Assembly: GCF_009914755.1 (NCBI RefSeq)
Contig: NC_060926.1
Length of the DNA: 64,000 nt
Source: the human T2T-CHM13v2.0 reference genome, Homo sapiens
Reading direction: 5' to 3' (one strand)
In this document: positions 13,810 to 26,065 of the stretch, piece after piece
Numbering within the stretch: the first letter of the stretch is position 1
Layout of the letters: each line of letters begins with the position of its first letter
Translations under genes and position numbers: made by a program
The notes under the pieces: model-generated
Told to the model about the DNA's origin: nothing
The model's database searches: none
The model's input: the letters and a program-made list of their open reading frames with translations, nothing else

Positions 13810-13986
13810 GGCTAAGAAGGAAGAATTTTTCCCAAGCGCTTGCAAATTCAGACATTAAGTAATGGTCACAAACATCCAAATTCCAAGTTCCCTGAGACAT
13901 TTCACTCACTTTGAGTTTTGGGGCATGTATGCTATTCCTGCCCTCTGCAGAAGTGTAAAGTCAGAGATCTCGGCTTCCTTCCTTAC

Positions 13987-14434
13987 CTCGGTATCTGGTG
14001 CAGCCCTCCCGGGCAGGTGCATCCTCTTACTGGGACCTGGTGCCTTGAAAGTCCAGGGTGATGGCATGTGTACCACAAGAGGACACTCAGGGGCCTGTGT
14101 GTGGTCGTCCTGGCAACTGGGGCCTCCAGCCCACACACCAGAGGGAAGTGTTGGCTAAGTCTGGACTCCGTCCCGTCCTTCTGGGTGATTTGAGTTGACA
14201 GCGGTCTGATCCTGCCAAGAGGGCAGCTGACGTCCATTTACGACATCCTTTGCTACCTGGCTGAGGCCTGCACGGTGTCGCTGGACCACGGCTCCACCAA
14301 GTAGTTTATTGACGTCGATGGGATTCGCCAGGCCTCCGTGGCACCAACACCTTCACCGGCCAGTTCCTCTATCTCTGTCCTCAAAGGCATAGATTTTAGG
14401 ACTCATGTCTGCCCTCAGGCAGGTGGCCAGAGTC
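13987..14434 (-). pseudogene. Exon, 448 nt, phase 2-0 (TLATCLRADMSPKIYAFEDRD...GLANPIDVNKLLGGAVVQRH...APDTE)
   Basis: Acceptor gttacttccccag; donor GAG|gtaagg; CpG-retaining; stops only at 14355 (TGA) and 14157 (TAG). Confidence 0.7.
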
Positions 14435-15296
14435 CTGGGGAAGTAACACAGTCCAAGAGCTGCCGAGACTTTCCCCATGCACGTAACAGCCCAGACAGGT
14501 GATCAGGACACCGGCATGGGCCTGCGGTGAAGAGGGGAGGAGAAGAGAGACAGGACAGGCACTTGGGAAGTGGAGCCCCACGAGTGAGCCCTGGAAGGAC
14601 CCCTGTCTGCTCTGCCCCCTCTGCACCCCCAGCCCCAGGAATGGTTTCGGTTTGAGTGCACGTCTGAACCCAAGGGCCTCGTGCTGCTGCGGGGGCAATA
14701 GCAGAGAGGAGGCGGGGGTGCAGAGAGGAGGCCGGGGTGCCGTGAAGGCAGGTCATGTGCCCTAGCCAAGGGGCGGTGCTGGGGAGAGTCTGCAGGAGAC
14801 TGCGGCGGGGATGGCAGGGGTTCTGCAGCTCAGGGGCGGATGCTGGTGTTGGTATGATTTCGGAATTCTCTGAAGGGGTGAGGGCTCGCCCAGGGCAGTA
14901 TGGAGTAAAGAGGTGAAAAGTCAAAGACACAGCCCCGGGCCATGACTGTGGGTTTCAGGTCAGGCACAGGAGCCAGTGAACAAAGGCCTGAGAGAGTCAG
15001 GCTGGGTGGGGTGTCGGGGCAGCGGGAGGGGGTCTCCTTCTGTCCCAGAGACCACTCGCTTTAGGGTGCCCTCACAGAGCTAGGACTGGGAACATGGGGG
15101 ACCCCAGACTCACGGGGTGAGGGTGACGCTCTGGAATCTGTACTTTGAACCAGCTTCCAGGGGGTCCCTGGAACGTCACAGGGGAGACACTTCTCTCCCC
15201 TCTGCTGCTGCCTTTTCCAGCATTTTCTCTCCTGCTGGGCCGTGAGCCAGGGACAGCCGTCCACACCCCCAGCGCCCGAAGTCACCTTCTCCTCAC

Positions 15297-15436
15297 TTCC
15301 TCGGCTGGTTTTCTTCTCTGTTTAACCCACCCGTTGCTTTCTGTAAAGTTCTGCTTTTGGAAGAAGTGGGCTGGCGTTCACTTGGCCCGTTCACAGCATG
15401 TGAGCAAACTGAACTCTGTGTCCTATAATGAGGGCT
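15297..15436 (-). pseudogene. Exon, 140 nt, phase 0-2 (SPHYRTQSSVCSH...REENQPR)
   Basis: Acceptor tttcttcctaccactgcgcag; donor AA|gtgagg; stop-free. Confidence 0.6.
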
Positions 15437-15503
15437 CTGCGCAGTGGTAGGAAGAAATAACCACAGTTCCCCAACCCCTTGAAATTTCCTGGGAAAATGT
15501 GAC

Positions 15504-16106
15504 CGTGTCTCTAGGAAGGCAGAGCGTCCCCTCCCACGTGGCATCAGGATGGGGCGTGAGCTGCTTCCTGGCCTTGCCCCCTGGCCTTTGCTGTGACAGG
15601 GATGTCCCAGCCTGAAGAGGCTCAGGTCTTCACGATAAAAGGCCCAGAAGCTAACCACGGAGTGGCTCCAACTCCACTCCAGGGAGGCAGCAGGAACCCA
15701 GAGGACGGTCAGGACTGACACCATTTGTACATTCCCCGTACACTCCTCTTTGCTATGTGTTGTCATTTCTGAATCGCCCCCAAATGGAGAGAGTCAAGTC
15801 AAGTAGAGTAGATGAAGAAGAGTGAAGCCTCCCTTCCGGGTGGTCTCTGACCGGTCGGTTGCCCCACTCCTCTCTGTCCCCACATCCAGTCACTGGGAGA
15901 CCCTCCTTCCCTGGGGCTGGTGTGGCAGGCACTGTGTGTAGTGCTGGGCTCGGCAGTGGAAGGTCATGCAAGCTGGTACCCCAGGGGCCCAGGCTCCCAT
16001 GGTCCTCACAGCTCCAGCTTCCAATTGGCAGTCTGGCTGATTCCCCCGTGTGAGTACTTGGGGCTCCTCTACAGGGGTACCCCATCATTAGATCTCATCC
16101 AGTGCT
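15504..16106 (-). pseudogene. Exon, about 603 nt, phase 0-0 (3' end tentative)
   Basis: Acceptor tttgctctcgttcag in frame with ORF 15753..16088; 4 stops; weak donor leaves only a 67-nt intron. Confidence 0.45.
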
Positions 16107-16455
16107 CTGAACGAGAGCAAATGCCCAGGCACCCTGCACTGCTCAGCCTCTGCAGCCTGGGCTGGTTCCTCGCAGCCTGGGCTGGGCCTACAGCCTCTTC
16201 CCTGCGCAGGGCCCTGGAGCCCCTGATGTTGGCCTCCTTATTGGGCTGCAGAACTCTCCCTCCTCCCACCTGAGTCTCAGCCACTCTACGGGCTCCAGCT
16301 GGTGGGAGCTGGCAGCAACTGGCACCCCTCCCTGGTGCTTTGATCTCTCAGAGCCAGGCCTTTTGTAGAACAGCCTCCAGCTTGAGCCCTGGGGCCCCAG
16401 GCCAGTGAAGTTTTGGCATCGAGCGGGGATCCTGGGGGTGTGTTATCTCTGTTAC

Positions 16456-16706
16456 TTGCCTTGAGGGGATACTAGAGCCATCTTGGTTCTGTGGCTTTGG
16501 CCCTGCACACTTGGAAGGCTGTGCTAAGGGCGTTGTTTGGCCCTGGTTGGAGAGAGTTTGACCCTTGGGTCCTCCCAGCTGCTCTGCAACAGTGAGGAAG
16601 ATGTGGGGGAGATGCCTGTCCTCAGGTTTTCCCCTTGGGAGGCCAGGCTCAGAGGGGAGGTTGCAGAAAGCCTCCTGACCGCCTGAGCCCTTGGGGACAC
16701 AACTGG
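16456..16706 (-). pseudogene. Exon, 251 nt, phase 1-0 (SCVPKGSGGQEAFCNLPSEP...)
   Basis: Branch point plus tract gctaactgctctgtttttggcag; donor CAA|gtaaca; stop-free. Confidence 0.65.
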
Positions 16707-16979
16707 CTGCCAAAAACAGAGCAGTTAGCTCTGGAGCCCACAGATGGGACCTTCTCCTCCCTACCTGCTGAGCTCTGCCAGGGTGGCTGCTAGTGTGGAT
16801 CAGTTTGGAAGGAGGAAGGAGAAGGAAGTGGGAAGAGGCAGTGTCGGGGCAGGGTGGGGGTCCTTTTTATTAGGAGAGCAAAAGCTGACAGTCCTCAGCT
16901 GACTTTCACTTTCATCTTATTGACTAACACTGTCATGATGCCAGCCTGGCTGCGGGGTAGGGCCTGGAGATGAGATGCC

Positions 16980-17228
16980 TGAAAGATGGTTAGGTTCTGT
17001 CAGCAAGGACAGGGGGCGGAGTGCAGGCCGGGCAGCTATCTGAAGAATGGAACGGTCAGGCTCTATCGGCAGGGATGGAGGTAGGGGTGCAGGCTGGGGA
17101 GCTGGCTGAAGGATAGTCAGGCTCTATCGGCAGGGATGGAGGTAGGGGTGCAGGCTGGGGAGCTGGCTGAAGGATAGTCAGGCTCTATCAGAGAGACGGA
17201 GGCAGGGTGCAGTCCGGGCAGCTGGCTG
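16980..17228. repeat. 61-bp tandem repeat, about 4 copies (two central copies identical)
   Basis: gtcaggctctatcggcagggatggaggtaggggtgcaggctggggagctggctgaaggata. Confidence 0.85.
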
Positions 17229-17547
17229 CATCTCCTGCATCTTGATGTCACTTAAAATGCTCGCATGTGCACTGACCCACAAGGTCCCCACAGAGGCCCT
17301 GTGCAGTGGCGCGTGGGGATCACAGCATGTTTGGAAGACGAGGAGGCTGGACTCAGGGAGCCTAAGCTCCTGCCCGAGGCCACCCAGGAGGGGCCGGTAC
17401 TCGGATCCAGCTGCTCTGACTCTGTGCTCAGTGCTCTGCCACACTTCACTGCATTGGGGAGAAGCTGGAGGGGCTGGAAAACAAGGCCAGGGTCTCCAGC
17501 CCTGTTCCAAAGAGTCTACCTTCAGCCTCAGAGAGCAGAGCATCTAC

Positions 17548-17755
17548 CTGGCCTGCCTGTGGCATCTGAAAACATGTCTGCCCGCAGAGAGTCTGTGGCA
17601 TCTGAAAATATGTCTGCCTGCAGAGACCCTGTGGGACTTTCCACAGGGATCTATAACAGGGGCCATTGTGATGAGCAAGAAGTCCTTTGCCCTCCAGAGT
17701 CTTGAAGGCGCCAGCACTGCCTGCAGTGGGCAGGTCTGGGCTCCTTGCAGACCAC
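17548..17755 (-). pseudogene. Exon, 208 nt, phase 0-1, with an in-frame 36-bp duplication (SLQADIFSDATD/SLRADMFSDATG)
   Basis: Acceptor tttctgataacccag; donor CAG|gtagat; one TAG. Confidence 0.5.
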
Positions 17756-17837
17756 CTGGGTTATCAGAAAGGTGAAGGCACCTCGTCAGGTGGATCTGCA
17801 CACCTGACCTCCGAGGGGCTTCACGGGCTTGCTGTAG

Positions 17838-18348
17838 CCACATGCACACACACACAAACATATGCACACATGCATACACACATGCATACACATACCCACA
17901 TACACATATACACACACCTACAGACACACACCCACACAAACATATATATACACATACAGACACACACATACATATATACATGTGCAACTAAGAACACACA
18001 TACTCACATATACACACAGATACAGACACACATGCACACGTCATATACATATAACACATACACACACAGACACAGAGACATGCACACACAAGCAGTCTAC
18101 ATACATAGTAATGTACACACATACATAGACACATACAGATACATGTATACATACACACATATAGACATGTATAATGCATACACATATGCACATACAAATA
18201 TGCACACATACACATCTGCACATACAGACATATTCATTCATATACACATAACACATACATAGTACTAATACACACAGATACACATGACAGACGCATAGAC
18301 ACAGGTAAACATACATGCACTCAGGCATGCACACAGACACACACACAA
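17838..18348. repeat. Degenerate (CA/TA)n tract
   Basis: About 500 bp of alternating purine-pyrimidine. Confidence 0.95.
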
Positions 18349-18478
18349 CCCTCCCATGGGCCAGGCTCCTCCCAGCCCCGTGCCCTGACGGAGCCCTGCC
18401 CTCTCCTCCCCAGCACACTGTGGCCACCGGGTACATCTCCTGTTCTGGCGGCTTCCATGTTTCCTTGACAGCACTTAC

Positions 18479-18534
18479 TGCGGCCTTGGCCTCATTGCTG
18501 ATGGACTCATTCCTTTACTCCTGCCTCAGGCTAC
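18479..18534 (-). pseudogene. Exon, 56 nt, phase 1-0
   Basis: Donor GCA|gtaagt; acceptor ccttgaccccag. Confidence 0.5.
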
Positions 18535-18704
18535 CTGGGGTCAAGGACCTGGGAGGTGGAGATGGGGTGCTAAGCGCCAACAGTCAAGGCTGTGTGGGCT
18601 CCAGGAGGGCCTGGGCCTGCAGTCAGGCTTTCTTTCGTGGTCTGTGCTCCACCACTTTCTGTGACCTCAGACAACCACGGTCCTTTCTTCATCCGATAAA
18701 TGGG

Positions 18705-19350
18705 CATTCATTCATTCTTTCATTCAACAAACATCTACGGCATGGCCCCTGTGAGCTGAACTGCAGTGCTGAGTACAACATGGAGCCCTGTGGAACCCAG
18801 TGTTAAGGGGCACTGAGGGGAAGCTGAACGTAGCTCCCTCCGTCATGAGGAGAGCTCGGCAGAGCCAAGAGGCCAGGAGGTGTGGACGGCAGTGGGAAGC
18901 CTGTCGGGCTGCGGTGCCTCCTTGAGATCTGGGGGAGGGAGGCCGGGGTCCAGCAGGGTGTAGATTGCTCCAGACAGACAGCAGAGAGGGCAAAGGCCCC
19001 AGGCAGGAGACCTGAAGCCATAAGCAGGCCAGGTGGCTGGCCAGGAGGTCGGGAGGCCACAGGGTCATAGGTCCCGCAGGGACACATGGGCTGCAGTGAG
19101 GGTTTTGGCTTGTCCTCTGAGTGGAGCAGGGACGTAGGGGAGCTGCCATGATCTGTCTGATGTTTGGAAAGGGTCACTCTGGCTGATGGGGAGGAGTTGC
19201 AGGTACAGGAGGAAGAGGAAGCAGGGGGTTTAGGGGCTTGAGGGCCTGGTTGAGGAAGGATGGCTGGGACCCATGGGAGCCATCAGAGCCTGGAGAGGTT
19301 TTGAACAAGGACTCACCAGGACTCATTGACAGATTGGCTGGGTATGTGAG
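18705..19350 (-). mobile_element. L2 remnants
   Basis: cattcattcattctttcattcaacaaacat 3' end followed by degraded L2-like sequence. Confidence 0.5.
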
Positions 19351-19438
19351 AGGAAGAGAGGACCCAGGAGCACTCTGTGGTTCTTGGCTGGAAGAGCATG
19401 GCTCCATTCACTCTGGAGGGAGACAGTGCAGGTAGCAG

Positions 19439-21316
19439 TGAGCACACGGGGCCATAGATGAGCACATGGAGCCATGGATGAGGACACGGGGCCATGGATG
19501 AGCACACGCAGCCATGGATGAGCACACGGGGTCATGGATAAGCACACAGGACCATGGATGAGCACACAGGGTCATGGCTGAGCACACACAGCCATGGATG
19601 GGCACAAATGGCCATGGATGAGCAATCGGGGCCATGGATGAGCACAAACAGCCATGGATGGGCACAAATGGCCATGGATGAGCAATCGGGTCCATGGATG
19701 GGCACACGGGGCCATGGATGAGCACACGGGGCCATGGATGAGCGCACAGCAGCCATGGATGAGCACACAGGGCCATGGATAGGCACACATGGCTATGGAT
19801 GAGCACATGGGGCCATGGATGAGCACAAACAGCCATGGATGGGCACAAATGGCCATGGATGAGCAATCAGGGCCATGGATGGGCACACAGGGCCATGGAT
19901 GAGCACACGGGGGCATGGATGGGCACACATGGCCATGGATGAGAACACACGGCCATGGATGAGCAATCGGGGCCATGGATAAGCAGTCGGGGCCATGGAT
20001 GAACACACACGGCCATGGATAGGCACACACAGCCATGGATGAGCAATCGGGGCCATGGATGAGCACTTGGGGCCATGGATGAGTAATCGGGGCCAGGAAT
20101 GAGCACACAGGGTCATGGATGGATACACAGGGCCATGGATGGGCACACAGGGCCATGGATGAGCACACATGGCCATGGATGTGTAATCGGGGCATGGATG
20201 GGCACACAGGGCCATGGATGAGCACACACGGCCATGGATGTGTAATCGGGGCATGGATGGGCACACAGGGCCATGGATGGGCACACAGGGCCATGGATGA
20301 GCACACAAGGCCATCGATGTGTAATCGGGGCATGGATGGGCATACAGGGCCATGGATGGGCACACAGGGCCATGGATGAGCACACACGGCCATGGATGTG
20401 TAATCGGGGCATGGATGGGCACACAGGGCCATGGATGGGCACACAGGGCCATGGATGAGCACACAAGGCCATCGATGTGTAATCGGGGCATGGATGGGCA
20501 TACAGGGCCATGGATGGGCACACAGGGCCATGGATGAGCACACATGGCCGTGGATGTATAATCGGGGCATGGATGGGCACACAGGGGCATGGATGGGCAC
20601 ACAGGGCCATGGATGAGCACACATGGTCATGGATGTGTAATCGGGGCATGGATGGGCACACGCAGCCATGGATGAGAACACACGGCCATGGATGGGCACA
20701 TAGGTCCATAGATGAGCACACAGGGCCATGGATGGACACACAGGGCCATCAATGAGCACATGGGGCCATGGATGAGTACACGGGGCCATGGATGAGTACA
20801 CGGGGCCATGGATGAGAACACATGGCCATGGATGGGCACATAGGGCCATGGATGAGCACACAGAGCCATGGATGGGCACACAGGGCCATCGATGAGCACA
20901 CAGGGCCATGGGTGGACACACAGGGCCATCGATGAGCACATGGGGCCATGGATGGGCACACGGGGCCATGGATGAGTACACGGGGCCATGGATGAGAACA
21001 CATGGCCATGGATGGGCACTTGGGGCCATGGATGAGCACACACAGCCACATATGAGCACACACAGCCATGGATGAGCACATGGTGTCATGGATGAGCACA
21101 CACAGCCATGGATGAGCACACAGGGCCATGAATAGGCATATGGGACCATGGATGGGTACACAGGACCATGGATGAGCACACAGCAGCCATGGATGACCAC
21201 ACAGCAGCCATGGATGAGCACACTGGGCCACGGATGGGCACATGGGGCCATGGATGAGCACACTGGGCCATAGATGAGCACACTGGGCCATGGATGGGCA
21301 CATGGGCCCATGGATA
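19439..21316. repeat. VNTR, 20-bp unit GGCCATGGATGAGCACACAG, about 94 copies
   Basis: Directly visible; 19- and 21-bp variants and higher-order blocks. Confidence 0.98.
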
Positions 21317-22128
21317 ACAAGGTGGCTTGGCCTCAGGAGGACCGGGCCTGGGGAGAGGACTGCCTGGGGAGAGAGCTCAGGGAGCTATCAGCGTGCGGAT
21401 GGTGTTTAACATCATGATGCTGATTAGCTCACCCAGGGAAAATAACACCCTGTCCTGAGCTTGTCGTAAGAGCTGGGCTGGCTGATCCTGGCTGCTTGGC
21501 ACATAATAAGCACCCGGGAATGTTAGCACAAACAAACAAACACAGCCATCTGGCAGATTCCTGGAGGGATCATAACTCACTAAGTGGGTAAAGCCCTGGC
21601 GGCTGGTTAGGAAAGTACTCCCAGATCAGAGGCTGGGGCTTGGTGGGCCTGAGATGTGAGCCCAACACTGAATACAGACTTACACCAACCAGATTCAAAC
21701 ACCAGCCCTGCTCCTGGGGCCCCTCTGCTCGGAGAGGCCTCGTAGGTGGTCAGGCCTCTGTTTGAGGAGCTCAGAGGAGCCCCGGGAGGTGGCGTTCATT
21801 TGCTACACCATGGCCAGCAGCTGGGCTCTGACAGCAGGCACGGTGGGCAGCAGTGGGGACATCATTTGGCCCCACAGCACACGGTGAGCCCCGCCTGCAG
21901 GTGAGGCTGGGTGCAGAGGAGCCCTCAGATGCAGGAGCCTTGGGCCTGAGCAAGGACGGAGGGGATCGGCCATGGAAGCTCCCAGAGTGGGAGCGTGAGA
22001 ACAAAGTTCGGAGGGTGGTCAGCCAGTCTGAGGCTCCCTGATGTGGCGGGGTGGGGGTACACCAAGAGGGGGAACTGCAAAGGGCAAGGGGAGGGTGATG
22101 AGAGGTGGGTGTGTCTGGGCGCTCACAC

Positions 22129-23112
22129 CTGGCAGGTGCCGTCTGGCCCCAGGAAGGAGTGTGCTGGTGATCTTATGGGCTCTGGGCATTCCTGTAGGTT
22201 TTGCTGGTGGTGGAGGCTGGGGGGACAATCCCATCTGTGTGCATTTTGGAGAGGTCTCTGATGCACAGCAGGAGGGCGGGAACAGACAAATGAAACCAGC
22301 CAGGAGGCCATCGCAGAGGCCCCAGGAGATGAGAGGGCTGCTTGTTCCCAGCTGGTGGCAGTAGCTGGATTTGAGGGAGCTCAGTAGGAGAGGTGGCAAC
22401 GGCTGAGGCTGGGCTGGGTGTCGGGGCAAAGCATAGGCATGGCCTGTTTCAGGTCAACCTTCTTGCAGTGCACGGAGCACAGGACTCCAGATACTTGGCA
22501 GTTTTTCTTGCTTCCACCTCTGAGCATTGGCAGCAACAGGTGCAGAGTGGAGGTAAGGAGGCGACTCCACGGTTGTTACGGGCAGGGGCTGTCCCTGGCC
22601 TTCATCCCCACATCAGGGCACAGTGGCCTGGAGTGGATGGTCAGGTCACCTGCATTTGCTTCTTGGTTAGCACGCCGGCCTCCTACCCGCATGTACCCTC
22701 ACCGCACTCCCGCTTGGACCTCCTGAGTCTCAGCCTGAACTCAGGACTATTTCTCAGCCCGCATATTGGGCATCTGATGAAGTCAAGGTGTCAGATCGGA
22801 CGGATGCCGACTTTGTGTGTGCTTGTGCAGGGTGGACATGGAGACCCTGGGAGGAGGGCTCAGGGGCTACTGCATTGGAACGACATCGTGCAGTCTCAGT
22901 GAACATCTACCTAGTCTTCTGACTGTTGTTTGACACGATTGCACCCATGTCCCTGGCAGTCAGTCCCATCAGGCATTGGAAGATGCCTTTCCTGGGCTTC
23001 CTGCTCCACAGCTGAAGTGGGAGGGCTGAACGGGCCCAGGACTCATGCAGGAAAATAGCCCTCAGCAGCCGAGCAGCCAGCGTGAATGATGCATTGCTCT
23101 GCCTGATGCCTC
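22129..23112 (-). pseudogene. Large exon, 984 nt, phase 1-1 (GIRQSNASFTLAARLLRAIFLHESW...QEKLPSIWSPVLRALQEG*...)
   Basis: ORFs 22907..23254 and 22019..22429 share one frame, separated by about 7 stops; cacacag acceptor; CAG|gtgtga donor. Confidence 0.55.
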
Positions 23113-23225
23113 CTGTGTGATGTGGGGGGCTCAGAGATGACCAGGACCCAATCCTTGTACCCACGGGGCCCCAGTCTGCCAGGTGAGGCAGGCCAGACCC
23201 AAGTGAGGAGTTCAGTGATGGAGGC

Positions 23226-24160
23226 TGTAACAGGCAGAATAAAAAGACGTCCACGTCCTCATCCGCAGAACCTGTGACTACGGGGCCTGAAGTGGAGAAA
23301 GGGACCTGGCAGACATGATTAGATTAAGGATCATCAGATGGGATATCCTGGGTTACAATGTCATCACAAGGGTCTTTATGAGGCGAGGAGGAGGTCAGAA
23401 GCCAGTGAAGAAGGGGAAGGTGCTGTGCTGCCAGCTGTGGGTGATGCAGGGCAGGCGAGCCCCCGAGTGAGGCTGAGCCCCTGAGTGTTCTTTGCTTTGC
23501 CCAGGAAAGAACTTAAAGGCAAACCAGAAGTAGAAGAAAACAGCTTTATTGAAGCAGCGGTGTTGCAGCTTTGTGACTGTCCCTGCAGAGCAGGGCTACC
23601 CTGGAGGCTGAGAGCAGCAGCTCAGGGCAGGCCTGCAGCCATGTTTACACCCACTTTTAATTGCATGCAGATTAAGGGGTGATTTATGCAGAAATTGCTA
23701 GAGAAGGGGGAGTAATCATTGGGTCATTGCCACAGAAAGGGGTGGTAACTCCTGGTTGTCGCCATGGCAACAGTAAATTAAGGAGCACACTGGTTGGCGT
23801 GTCTGATTGAAAACTGCTTTTCCCCAGGCCCTGTTTTAGCTAGTCTTCAGTCTGATTCGGTGTCTGAGTCCCATCTTTGGAGTCAGTCCTGCCTCCTACC
23901 TCATGAGGAAGGAGGAAGGGACCAGGAACCATGGAACGGGGGCAGGCAGCCTCTTAGAAACTGGAGACCAGGAAACCGGTTTTCCCTTGAAGCCTCCAGA
24001 AGGAGCCAGCCCTGCCGACAATACCTTGACTTTAGGCTAGTGAGGCTGAGTTTGGTGGTCTGAGCTCCAGAACTGTAAGATAATGAATTTGGGCTGTTTT
24101 AAGCCACTGGATTTGCGGTCCAAACAGAACATGTCACTGTAGCTCCAGGAAACTCACACA
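23226..24160 (+). mobile_element. MLT1D LTR (split by a nested LTR), TSD GAGGC
   Basis: tgtaacaggcagaat...aaactcacaca; GAGGC at 23221-23225 and 24161-24165. Confidence 0.9.
23442..23903 (-). mobile_element. ERV1-class (MER4-group-like) solo LTR nested in MLT1D
   Basis: TGA...TCA termini; minus strand begins TGAGGTAGGAGGCAGGACT and carries AATAAA; 4-bp TSD TGGG/TGAG. Confidence 0.8.
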
Positions 24161-24232
24161 GAGGCAAAGCGCAGTTAGGGAGGAATCACGGGGTGCCACA
24201 GGTATCTTTCAGGGCCAGGGCCAGCCACTGAC

Positions 24233-24391
24233 CGGCCTGGGGTCCCGGGGTGAGCTGGTGAAGCGTCTGGATCCAGCATTCCGGGTCCTCACTGTATCCT
24301 GGGTAGGTCCTCATAGTGCCCTTAGGACCGACGGGTGCACATATTTCTACATGAAAATGGACTTTTCCTGACATGACTTTGACCGTATCTT
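24233..24391 (-). pseudogene. Exon, 159 nt, phase 1-1 (DTVKVMSGKVHFHVEICAPVGPKGTMRTYPG...)
   Basis: Acceptor ctcctgttttcag; donor G|gtcagt; stop-free. Confidence 0.75.
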
Positions 24392-24745
24392 CTGAAAACA
24401 GGAGCTGAGGACAAAAGCGGTCTCTGAGGCTTATAGAGAGTCACAGCCAACCTCTCAGTGCCCCTTTCCCAAAGAAGCAAGGCCAGGCCTGTGACCTCTC
24501 CCCAGAAAGGGTCCTCCACACTGGGTTATGAGCACCCATGACTATTAAACTGCCATTGATCTCATCTGCCCGGGGTCGAGTGCTGGTGTTTGGCTATCCC
24601 TATGGTGCCAGCGAGGGAATCACCACCCACCAGGAGGGTGCAGAGGTGGAGGCTGGAACAGGTTTACTGACGGTGACCTTGGCTGAGTGGCTCCAGGGGG
24701 CTGAGCCTGATGCAAGTCCTCTGTCAAAGCAGCATGGCAAGTGGC

Positions 24746-25149
24746 TGGCACAGCTTGGGCGTTTGTCCTGCCTGAATCTCTTGTTGAGATGTGATCCCCA
24801 AGGTTGGAGGTGGGGCCTGGTGGGAGGTATTGGATCATGGGGCGATTCCTCATGAATGGTTTAGTGCCATCCCCTTGGTGATGAGTGGGTTCTCAGTTCA
24901 ATGGAGATTGGCTGTTTTCAAGTGTGTGTGCCTCCCCCTCACTCTCTTGCTGAGTGACATGCCTGCTCCCCCTTCACCTTCTCCCACAGTTGAAAGCTTC
25001 CTGAGGCCTCTCCAGAAGCTGAGCAGATGCTGGCACCATGCTTGCTTCTCGTACAGCCTCCAGAACCATGAACCAAATAAACCACTTTTCTCGAGAAATC
25101 ACCCAGCCTCAGGTATTCCTTTATAGTGATGCAAAAATGACCTAATACA
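24746..25149 (+). mobile_element. MST (MSTB-like) LTR
   Basis: ttggaggtggggcctggtgggagg...cctaataca; TSD GTGGC/GTGGG. Confidence 0.9.
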
Positions 25150-25154
25150 GTGGG

Positions 25155-25645
25155 CATATCAGCCAGGGTTCCCGAGAGAAACGGGGCCAGGAGAAGGAGC
25201 TGATGTAGACATAGCTGCGATGTGGCTGTGGATTTAGATGAAAGAATCTACAATGATAAGAAGTTGGCAGACACGATTATGGAGGCTGAAATGTCCCAAC
25301 ATCAGCAGTTGGCAAGCCTGACATCCAGGGAAGCTCGGAGTGTAGCTCCAGGCTGAGTCAGTGGAGAGCCAGTGGTGTAGGTGCCAGTCCGAGGAGGGAA
25401 AAGACCCGGGGGCCAGGGCAAGCACCCAGGCAGGAGCCGTCCTGCTTACTCAGCCTTTTCGCTCGATTCGGGTCTTCAGCTGATTGGATGAGGCCCACCC
25501 ACATGGGGAGGCCCATCTGCTCGACTCAGTCCACTGATGCAACGTTCAGTCTCTTCCAGAAACCCTCACACACGCCCCCAGAATGATGCCTGTGTCTGGA
25601 CACCCCATGGCCCAGTCAGGTTGATGCAGAAACTTAACTGTCACG
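25155..25645 (-). mobile_element. MLT2 LTR
   Basis: ctgattggatgaggcccacccacat; ggcccagtcaggttga...ttaactgtcac. Confidence 0.85.
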
Positions 25646-25940
25646 ATGAGTATCGTGCCCGTTTCACAGATGAACTTTCTTACCCTCTCTGCCGCCAGTT
25701 ACCCTCAAGTTCATGTGACTCATAAGCAACAGAACTGAGAGTGAAACTCAGGGGTCCTTGTCACTGGACTCACCTTCCCTCCCACAGCAAGAGGCCGACC
25801 ACATGGTTGAAACCGTGGCCAAGCTTCCTGGGTGTAGGGGGTGTGGGGCCGTCCGTCCTCAGCCACGTGGAGGTCTGTGGTGTGAGCTAAGAGCAGCGGT
25901 GTGGAGAACGGGCTGCCTCCCTCCTTCCCAGTGTTCTCAC

Positions 25941-26065
25941 CTGATCGAATGACTTTGTTTCCACATAATAGTTTGTCTTGGTTTTGAAATAACTGCTTAG
26001 CTACAACTCCACTACAACCTATATTTTTCCCAAAATCTCAAAGATGCAGGACAACACTGAAATAC
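25941..26065 (-). pseudogene. Exon, 125 nt, phase 2-1 (YFSVVLHL*DFGKNIGCSGVVAKQLFQNQDKLLCGNKVIRS)
   Basis: Acceptor tctcacccaccag; donor CAG|gtgaga; AT-rich coding-like island in GC-rich DNA; one TGA. Confidence 0.75.

Noticed and set aside
15004-15032. G-quadruplex motif GGGTGGGGTGTCGGGGCAGCGGGAGGGGG
   Set aside because: Common in GC-rich sequence, with no supporting context.
17687-18474. ORFs rich in H/T/Y or C/V/M
   Set aside because: Translations of the (CA/TA)n tract.
19439-21316. VNTR as a CRISPR-like repeat-spacer array (constant GCCATGGATG plus variable 10-mer)
   Set aside because: The variable parts are point variants of one unit, not unique spacers. There are no cas genes and the context is mammalian.
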